Notes under the pieces: model-generated | What the model saw: only the letters and a program-made list of their open reading frames with translations | Told to the model about the DNA's origin: nothing | The model's database searches: none | In this document: positions 56,013 to 64,000 of the stretch, piece after piece | Position numbering within the stretch: position 1 is the first letter of the stretch | Layout: each line of letters opens with the position of its first letter | Made by a program: the position numbers and the translations under genes | Origin: an uncultured Verrucomicrobiae bacterium | Lineage (GTDB): Bacteria; Chlamydiota; Chlamydiia; Chlamydiales; Rhabdochlamydiaceae | DNA length: 64,000 nucleotides | Assembly: GCA_963806855.1 (NCBI GenBank) | Contig: CAWDYW010000003.1 | Coordinates: forward strand, 224,001 to 288,000 | Reading direction: 5' to 3'

Positions 56013-56118
56013 GATAGCTTGACACCCCTCGATTTTGGACAATTTATTAGGGTGTAACCTAATAATATCATTTAAAGTATTAGGGTACAGCCGAATTCAA
56101 TAGACAAAACGCTTAATG

Positions 56119-57645
56119 CTAAGCCTTTTCTTTCTTAGGCTTTGGAGCGGCCTTTTTCTTGGGCTTCTCTTCGGCTGCGGCAGGCTCGGCTGTTTTTTTG
56201 GCAGCAGCCTTGCGTTTGGGCTTAGTTTCGCTGTCGGCCGCAGCTTCTTCCTCTACCCCTTCTCCTATTTTTAGGGTGCTTCCAGCTTTTTCTTCCTTTT
56301 TCTCGGAATCGGCCGGGGCGGTGCGGGCATGGGCGATGATCCAGTCTTCTGTCTTTTCGAGCAGAGCGCGAGAATAGGCCTCGGCTTGCTTGATGTCGGG
56401 CTGGCGTGGATCGTGGTGTTGCTCGTAGGGGTAGAGGAGCGCTTCGAGCTGGTCGGCGGCTCCTTGAGGGAGATCTTTGGCGGTGATCGGCATGTTCTGG
56501 TCTGCGGCGATTTTGCGGCAGAGGTAGAAGATGCGGACTGCTTTTTCGGCTTGGTTTTTCACTTCATCGACAATTGCGCGCCGCTCTGGATCATTGCTCC
56601 GATCCCAGCGATTTTTGAACTCTGGGTCGCGGATCATCTGCTCAAGGCGGAAGCGGGTCTCTTTTTCGATGACGGCGAAGGGGAGGGCGAAGTGGTGGGA
56701 AAGGAGGAAGGCGGTCACTTTTTCACGCTTTTGCTCGCGGACATGCTCATCGGCTTTCTTATTGAGGATCTCTTCGACTCTATGGTGGAATGCCTCGACG
56801 GTTTCAACGCCGAGTTGCTTGGCGAATGCGTCGTCGAGGTCTGGGAGTTTTGCTGTTTCGATCGCCTTGACGGTCACGCGCACTTTTTTAGGTGGGAATT
56901 CGGCTTTCTCTTCTTCAGAGACGCTGTCATCGGGTGTGCTGACTCCTTCAAGGACGTCGCCCACTTTTTTGCCTTTGATGAGTTTTTGCATCCACTGGGC
57001 CATCGATTTGTCGGCCACTTCAAAGCGGGTGTTTGTGAAAAGTTTTTGCGGGGGGTCTTGTTCGATGATTTCGACATCGAGGAGGACGAAATCCCCTTTT
57101 TTAATAGGATGTTCGTTGGCTAGGGTCCATTCGGCGAAGAACAGTTGAGTTTGACGGATGGTCTCTTCCACTTTTTCTTTGCTTACTTCGGGGCGTTTGA
57201 CTTCTTTAAGGACGCATTTTGCTGGGTCGACTGTAGGAATTGTGGGGATGGTCTCAAAGGAGAGGGTCAATTTGGCCCCATTGGGACTATGGCTGATCAT
57301 CTTAAAGGAGACTTTCGCATCTTTATTGATGAGCGGAACATTGGCCAATTTCGCGGCTTCGCGATAGGCGTGATTCGCGATCTCTTCTTGCCAAATGCGG
57401 TCGAGATCGTTGGGGTAACGCTTGGCCACTATCTCTGGTGGGGCTTTCCCTTTTCTAAAACCGGGGACGACGACTTCCTTTCCAATCTTTTTAGCTGCGC
57501 TTTTATAGGCGTCATTGCAGATGGGACGGAACACTTCTACTTCGTACTCGACGACGCAGTTGGGCTTCCGATGGACCACTACATGGACTTGCTCGTTTTT
57601 ATATTCTGGATTGGTGTGGGTCTTTTCTTCAGTTTTTTGAGTCAT
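56119..57645 (-). CDS. tig: Trigger factor
   Basis: VPGFRKGKAP signature, FKBP-like middle domain, LPDLDDAFAKQLG; K/A/E-rich tail. Confidence 0.93.
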   Translation of the reverse strand: MTQKTEEKTHTNPEYKNEQVHVVVHRKPNCVVEYEVEVFRPICNDAYKSAAKKIGKEVVVPGFRKGKAPPEIVAKRYPNDLDRIWQEEIANHAYREAAKLANVPLINKDAKVSFKMISHSPNGAKLTLSFETIPTIPTVDPAKCVLKEVKRPEVSKEKVEETIRQTQLFFAEWTLANEHPIKKGDFVLLDVEIIEQDPPQKLFTNTRFEVADKSMAQWMQKLIKGKKVGDVLEGVSTPDDSVSEEEKAEFPPKKVRVTVKAIETAKLPDLDDAFAKQLGVETVEAFHHRVEEILNKKADEHVREQKREKVTAFLLSHHFALPFAVIEKETRFRLEQMIRDPEFKNRWDRSNDPERRAIVDEVKNQAEKAVRIFYLCRKIAADQNMPITAKDLPQGAADQLEALLYPYEQHHDPRQPDIKQAEAYSRALLEKTEDWIIAHARTAPADSEKKEEKAGSTLKIGEGVEEEAAADSETKPKRKAAAKKTAEPAAAEEKPKKKAAPKPKKEKA

Positions 57646-57668
57646 TCTGGTTCTCTGTTATAAAAGAA

Positions 57669-57740
57669 AGCGGGTAATGAGATTCGAACTCATGACCCTC
57701 ACGTTGGCAACGTGATGCTCTACCACTGAGCTACACCCGC
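57669..57740 (-). tRNA. tRNA-Gly (GCC)
   Basis: GCGGGTGTAGCTCAGTGGTAGAGCATCACGTTGCCAACGTGAGGGTCATGAGTTCGAATCTCATTACCCGCT folds as a cloverleaf with anticodon loop TTGCCAA. Confidence 0.95.
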
Positions 57741-57912
57741 AAAAAAAGGAGATTTTAGGCGATCGCCATTTTTTTTTCATCAAAAATAAAAAAATCGGGC
57801 GCGGGCATGGGCGCGCACACGGACACGAGGGTGTAAAAAAAAGATTTTGCTTGAAGGACTTTCGAAAACTTTGTAAAACCATATTTTAAACTTCGAGTTA
57901 GGGAACAATGCC

Positions 57913-60900
57913 ATGCTCAATTTTCGCAAACTAAAACAGGACTTCTCCTCCAATATCCTCAAAGAGGGTCGTGAATCCTACGAGGGGCAGAAGGTGGTCT
58001 CTGCCAAGCTGATTCATCTCGACAGTAAGACGATGCGGATCAGCGGCCGGGTCCTCGGTCAGTATGACAACTATTATGAGAGTGAGATTGAGATCGATCG
58101 TCAAGAGTGTGAGACGATTCACTCCAACTGCGATTGTCCCTATAACTACGATTGTCAACATATCGCTGCTCTATTGTTCTATTTAGAGCAGAATCTCGAT
58201 CAAATTTTGGTCGCCTATTCAAAGAGGCGGAACTTTCGGAAAATTTAGAAGAGGGTGAGAAGGAGGAGCTGCAGGAGAAATTCAAGGCAGCCAATGACAA
58301 GGAAGTGCAGCGTCAGGAGGAAAATCTCCAACGGCAAATCCTACAAGAATATGTCACTTCCTCTGAAATGCTCGCTGCTTCGCCTTTCTTTAGACCTGAA
58401 GAGAAGCGGGAGATCGACAAAGCGGAATTTTCGCTGATTTATAGTTTGCCTAAGAAGGGAGCAGCCATAGTCGAAGTGCAGGTCGCTCTCAGGTTGCCCT
58501 ACCGTTCCAAGCCGCTTCATGTGCCCAATTTGCGGGCTTTTCTCGAGGCGCTCCGTTTCGCTGAGCCGATTTTCATGGGGGGCAAACGGTTCTGTTTCTC
58601 GCTTGAGTCGTTTGAGATCAGCCAGAAGGAGATTGTTCGGATGGTGATGGATCATCTGCAATTTCCTGAGAATGTGTCGAGTGAAAGGGGGCTTAGGATC
58701 GGGTTGATTCAGCCTGAGTTTTTCGGTTTGATTTTGGCTCGAACTTTTGAGCTAGCTGAGCAGGAGATTTCAAAGAGTAGCTTTGCGCTATCAGATGGCG
58801 ACTTACCGGTGCTGCCGGGAATGTATGACTCAGGTTTTGAAAATCCGCTCCATTTCTCGTCGATGCCAGCCCAATTCTTATTCCAAATTGAGTATATCCC
58901 TCCCCCCAGTTCTAAAATTTTGCTCAATCCCAAAATTGTGATCGATGAGAAGGAGCTGACGCTCGAAGATGTGACTCTTTTCCAATGTGCGCGGCCCGGT
59001 GTGCTCTATGAGGGGACCTATTGGCGTTTCCCCCATCTGATCACCAGGCGGCATCTGCTCAATTTAAAGGAAATTCGGGATATGACGATCCCCGAGCCGC
59101 TCTTTGGCTCTTTTGTCGAAAATTCGCTGCCCGAATTGATGCAATTTGCCGAGGTGTCGAATCGGCATGTGATCGAGAATTTTGTGACGCTGCCGTTTGT
59201 CAATCAGGTGGAGACAATCTGCGATCTTTCTTATTTGAATGGGGAATTGGAGGCGGCGGTCCACTTTATTTACGATGGAAATCGGATTCCACAGGCGCCC
59301 TCGCAACTGAGTTATGAGCATATCACTTCTTTTAGTACCGATGAGGGGATTTTAGGGCGCAACTTGGTCGAAGAGCGGAAGATCATCGAGGATCTATTCC
59401 AAGACTTTATGCTCAATCCCGAGCAGGGGATTTATATTTCAAAATCGGACAAGAAAATTGTCGAGTTCATGACCGATGTGATCCCGCGCAACAAGGATCG
59501 GGTGAAATTCAATTGTCCGCAAAATCTGCTCGACCAATTCATCTACGACAAGACCGAATTTGTCCTCCATTTTGAGCATCTCGATAAGGTCGATAGCTAC
59601 CGCATTCAGTTGAAGGTTCAGGGTCTTTGAAGGGGATCAAGCTCGATCAGCTTTGGGAATGTATTGCGGCAAAAAAGGCCTTTATCGAACTGCCCCATCC
59701 TAAAAAGGCCAAGCTGGTCAAAATTTTGGTGCTCGATCTCGATCGGATCACCGGCGTGATTCAACTCTTCGACGAATTGGGAATCACGGTGCTCGAAGAT
59801 GGTAATCTAGATCGTCCACTCTGGAGTTTGGCCAATATCGACGAGAGTCAATTCGAGGGATTGCCGGTCAAATTTTCGATATCGGAGCAGCTTAAAGAAA
59901 TCCGGGCACAGATGCTCGGCGAGAAGAAGCTCAAGGCCTCTCCAATTCCGAAAGAGCTCAAAGCTGATCTCCGCTCCTATCAAACCGAAGGGGTCCATTG
60001 GCTCGAGAGGATCCGTTCGATGTATCTCGGAGGCATTTTGGCCGATGACATGGGACTTGGAAAGACACTCCAAGCAATTGTCGCCATCACGCAGCTAAAG
60101 AAGAAAAGTCCGGGCTGTGCGCTGATTGTTTGCCCCACTTCGCTTCTCTACAACTGGAAAGAGGAATTTGCCAAATTCAATCCCAAGCTCAAGGTGATGC
60201 GTGGTCGATGGGATTCCTTCGCATCGCAAAAAAACTGATCGAACAGACTAGAAAATGTACGATGTGGTGATCACATCTTACACTCTGCTTCAAAAAGACA
60301 TCGAGACATTATAAGACGATCACTTTTCTCCTATGTGATTCTCGATGAGGCGCAGCACATTAAAAACCGCGGGCACACGCAATGCCAAATCGGTGAAAAT
60401 GGTGCAGGCAGAACACCGCTTGATCCTTTCCGGCACGCCGATCGAAAATTCATTGGACGAGCTGTGGAGCCTGTTCGACTTCCTCATGCCGGGCTTCTTG
60501 GGCACTACGACCGTTTCGTCGAAAAATATATCCGCGTATCGGGCAGAAGAACAGATAAAAAATATCGAGTACTTGCGCAAGAAAGTTTCTCCCTTCATTT
60601 TGCGCAGGATGAAAGCCGACGTGCTCGACGATCTGCCGCCTGTTTCCGAAATCGTCTACCACTGCCAGCTCAGCCGATGTGCAGCAGGAGCTCTACCGCT
60701 CTTATGCTGAATCGGCCCGCGACGAGCTGGTCAAACTGGTCGAGCGGGATGGTTTCGACCGCGTCCAGATCCACGTCTTGGCGACGCTGACTCGCCTCAA
60801 GCAAATCTGCTGCCACCCTGCGATTTTCGCCAAGGAAAAGGCAGAGATGGGCGATTCGGCCAAATATGAAATGCTCCTCGAGCTTTTGCAGACGTTGATC

Positions 60901-61369
60901 GAGGGCAAACACAAGACGGTCATCTTCAGCCAATACACCCGCATGCTCCAGATCATGCGGGACGACTTTGAGCAGCGGGGCATCCGTTTTGCCTATCTCG
61001 ACGGCTCGAGCAAAAACCGATTGGAAGTCGTCAAACAATTCAATGAAGATGCCATCCATCTCTGTTTTCTTCGTCTCGCTTAAAGCGGGCGGAACAGGGC
61101 TTAATCTCGTCGGCGCCGACACGGTGATCCATTATGACATGTGGTGGAACCCTGCTGTCGAGAGTCAAGCGACCGACCGCGTGCACCGCATGGGACAGAA
61201 AAATTCCGTCTCTGCTTATAAACTAATCACTCTTGGAACGATCGAAGAAAAGATCGCACGAAATGCAGAAGCGGAAAAAAGGATTGGTCAAGAAAGTGGT
61301 AAGTTGCGATGATGAGGCGATTGCTAAACTCACTTGGGAAGATGTACTTAGAACTTCTTAAAGACTTAA
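57913..61369 (+). CDS. SWIM zinc-finger SNF2 helicase (multiple indels, probably sequencing errors)
   Basis: [11 protein letters not shown] (SWIM), [36 protein letters not shown] and [19 protein letters not shown] spread over successive frames; end approximate. Confidence 0.88.
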
Positions 61370-61386
61370 AATTATTACTGTATGAT

Positions 61387-62485
61387 ATGGCAACATGGCA
61401 AGCAAATTACTCGAAACAATTGTTCGACTAAACTCGATCGACGCATGTTCCAACAAAGTCGGCAGAATGTTCGGGATTTTTTTCCAATGATATCGGCATC
61501 GACCTCGGAACAGCCAATACTCTTGTTTATGTTCGCGGAAAAGGGATCGTCCTAGCCGAGCCTTCTGTCGTTGCTGTGGATTCTGACGACACAATGAAGT
61601 GCTGGCAGTCGGTCATAAAGCCAAAGCGATGCTCGGAAAAACGCCGCGCAAAGATCCACGCCGTCCGTCCCATGAAAGATGGGGTGATCGCCGATTTTGA
61701 GATCGCCGAAGGGATGATAAAAGCCCTGCTCAAGCGCGTCACTCCTGCTCGCAGCCTATTCCGTCCCAAAATTTTGATCGCCGTTCCCTCTGGAATTACC
61801 GGAGTGGAAAAGCGCGCTGTCGAAGATTCTGCTCTGCGTGCCGGAGCGCAAGAAGTGATTTTGATCGAAGAGCCGATGGCAGCTGCTATTGGCGTCGATC
61901 TGCCCGTCCATGAGCCTTCTGCCAATATGATCATCGACATCGGCGGCGGAACGACAGAAATTGCGATCATTTCTCTTGGCGGCATCGTCGAGTCCCGCTC
62001 TTTGCGCATCGCGGGCGATGAGTTTGACGAGTGCATCGTCAATTACATGCGCCGCACCTACAACCTGATGATCGGTCCGAGGACTGCTGAAGAGATCAAA
62101 ATGACGATCGGCTCCGCCTATCCTCTGGGCGACCATGAGCTCGAGATGGAAGTGCGCGGGCGCGACCAAGTGGCTGGACTGCCCGATCACCAAACGGATC
62201 AATTCTGTTGAGATCCGCGAGTGCTTGGCTGAACCCATCCAGCAAATCATCGAAAGCGTGAAACTCACTTTGGAAAAATGTCCTCCCGAACTTGCTGCCG
62301 ATCTCGTCGAGAGAGGCATGGTGCTGGCAGGCGGCGGCGCTCTGATCAAAGGACTCGACAAAGCGTTGATCAAAGAGACAGGACTGCCTGTCATCGTCGC
62401 TCCGCATCCCCTTCTTGCTGTGTGCCTGGGAACCGGAAAAGCTCTCGAATATCTCGACAAATTTAAAAAACGACGAACTGCTTAA
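61387..62485 (+). CDS. mreB: Rod shape-determining actin-like protein MreB (indels)
   Basis: DIGIDLGTANT, RPMKDGVIADF, IEEPMAAAIG, DIGGGTTE, LAGGGALIKGL across frames; start approximate. Confidence 0.93.
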
Positions 62486-62502
62486 GTTCGGTCTATGGAA
62501 TC

Positions 62503-62552
62503 AACGCAAAGACGCAAAGAAAAAATAAATTCTTTTTTTGCGCCTTTGCGTT
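62503..62552. repeat. REP-like hairpin (CGCAAAG-periodic) after mreB; possible bidirectional terminator
   Basis: aacgcaaagacgcaaag ... tttgcgcctttgcgtt between convergent genes. Confidence 0.7.
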
Positions 62553-62649
62553 AAAACTGCCTTACTTCTCCTACTTAAAGCACTTTTGGATGAAAAACTG
62601 ATTGCTCAAGCTTTTTGGGAATGTTTAAAAAATAATGATCCAGAAGCGG

Positions 62650-63786
62650 CTATTGTGCTGTCTTGTTCGCTACAAACTTTTTAAGCTCGGTAAGTTCCGG
62701 TTTTTCAATTGTCGCTAAGACAGCATGCATTGCTTTGGCAACCTCTGGATCATTCCCAAGGGCATCGATTATAAATCTCGAATAGACCTTAAAGCTTTCC
62801 TTATCGTTGATCAATTCGCAAACGAGCGTTGTCAATTTGGTGGTCAGATCGGTTTTGCAGGCGGTAAGCTTTTGATTGAGCCCTTTATGCGAAGAGAGGG
62901 CAAGGATCCAAAAAGCGATGAGCTCGAGTTTGAAGGTCGGCTCTTTGATTTTTAGCAGCAGTAAGTAGCACCGTTTCAACCCTTCGTTGCATAGACGTTC
63001 TACCGTTTTAATAAAGTTTGGGTTCGCGACCGTGGTGTGACGGATGATCCGTGCCACTGCTAGGATATTTAGATAGGATCGGTTAGGGTTGCCTTGTTCT
63101 TTTTCCGCGAGAAGGCTGGAGGTCATCTTCTCCATCGACTCATTGCTTAATCCATTGATGAGATTATGCCACTGTAATGCGGAGAGGCAATCGGAATTTG
63201 GCATTGCAATAAATAATTTACCCATGGGAATGATGCAGCGATTGATAAGGTGAGGATCCACTTTTCCAAATCGTTCTTTGACCCGGTTGGGATGGGTGCA
63301 GTTCATAAAGACTTCAGCTACTAGAGGGGTGATCTCAGGACGTCGATTTTCGCAGAATGCCATACAAGAGCAAAGGGCAGATAAGATAGAATCCCAACCA
63401 AAAGCGAAGCCGGGAGATGCCTCTTGAACCCAAGCAAATGTCATCAAGTTATTAAGAAAGTGAAGAACCAAAGGGGAGATTTTTGGATCTGGGAGGTTCA
63501 AAATATCAGGAATGGCATTTCTGAAAGCGCCGACAGCGGGTTCTGAGTCGACCATGACGCCAGTTTTCAAAAAAGGGATGGTGCCCATGAGATCGGTTAG
63601 CGCCTGTGTTACAGGTTGAGCTTGTAAAGGGCGAATAGAAAAGATTAAAGAGCAGAGAAAGAGCTCTACCCGCTTTCTCATTACAACTTTTAAGCTTTCC
63701 TCAGGGAGATAGGGTTCAAAATCTTCCTTGTACATTTGTCGAAACTTTTCGAGGAATTCGAATTTGTCTTCTGGATAATTTCTCAT
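62650..63786 (-). CDS. Hypothetical helical protein; probably the C-terminal part of a longer gene extending past the window end
   Basis: 378-aa Leu-rich ORF; the sequence upstream to 64000 looks coding. Confidence 0.55.
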   Translation of the reverse strand: MRNYPEDKFEFLEKFRQMYKEDFEPYLPEESLKVVMRKRVELFLCSLIFSIRPLQAQPVTQALTDLMGTIPFLKTGVMVDSEPAVGAFRNAIPDILNLPDPKISPLVLHFLNNLMTFAWVQEASPGFAFGWDSILSALCSCMAFCENRRPEITPLVAEVFMNCTHPNRVKERFGKVDPHLINRCIIPMGKLFIAMPNSDCLSALQWHNLINGLSNESMEKMTSSLLAEKEQGNPNRSYLNILAVARIIRHTTVANPNFIKTVERLCNEGLKRCYLLLLKIKEPTFKLELIAFWILALSSHKGLNQKLTACKTDLTTKLTTLVCELINDKESFKVYSRFIIDALGNDPEVAKAMHAVLATIEKPELTELKKFVANKTAQ

Positions 63787-64000
63787 CGAAAAATTCAGAT
63801 AATTCTTGATGCTCAGAAAGAAGAGCTCCGCATACCGTTTGCGGACCTCGGCTTCGTGGTTGCGGTAGGTAAAGAGGAGTTGCTCCCATAGATTTTCTAT
63901 TCTTCTATGATCACACTCACTTCCTTTTTGAGAAGGGGAGTTAAAGCTGCACAGCGTAGTCAGTAAGAGGTTTTTTTCTAGCCAGGAGAGCTGTGTGAAA

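Noticed and set aside
57669..57740. tRNA-Gly as an integration site for a genomic island
   Set aside because: No duplicated tRNA 3' end or integrase was seen, and tig follows directly.
57798..57830. gggcgcgggcatgggcgcgcacacggacacgaggg hexamer-periodic GC-rich stretch
   Set aside because: It is short and degenerate with no second copy in the window, so no function could be supported.
57658..57882. 74-aa ORF upstream of tig
   Set aside because: It overlaps the tRNA-Gly gene and is spurious.

Overview
This window is chromosome from an environmental member of the Chlamydiota. The assignment rests on the chlamydia-type T3SS gene order scc4-cdsD-E-F-G-CT668-cdsN-O-P-Q-pkn5-cdsC, plus tRNA-Gly-tig, clpP-clpX and SWIM/SNF2-mreB. 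The core injectisome locus (minus strand, about 4974-40937) is split between pkn5 and the secretin gene cdsC by an accessory island of about 21.6 kb. The island holds three tandem, mosaic 1027-1192 aa paralogs built as hydrophobic N-terminal anchor, Pro-rich linker, swappable centre and C-terminal tandem U-box. It also holds a fourth frameshifted U-box gene, two glycine-rich autotransporters, a stand-alone HHxxxDG acyltransferase, an orphan HicB and a possible atypical kinase. Divergent from the injectisome is an AT-rich operon with a candidate needle-tip protein, CopB/CopD-like translocators and a large putative effector. Other notable features are an expanded 1376-aa secretin, two CdsP-like paralogs, several palindromic elements (one inserted in frame into a cytidine deaminase gene), a degenerate duplication of the clpX 3' end, and scattered TA/defence-type cassettes. 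Several conserved genes (cdsN, cdsP, CT668 homolog, snf2, mreB) carry indels that most likely reflect long-read consensus errors. All family assignments come from motif recognition and synteny; no database search was run.
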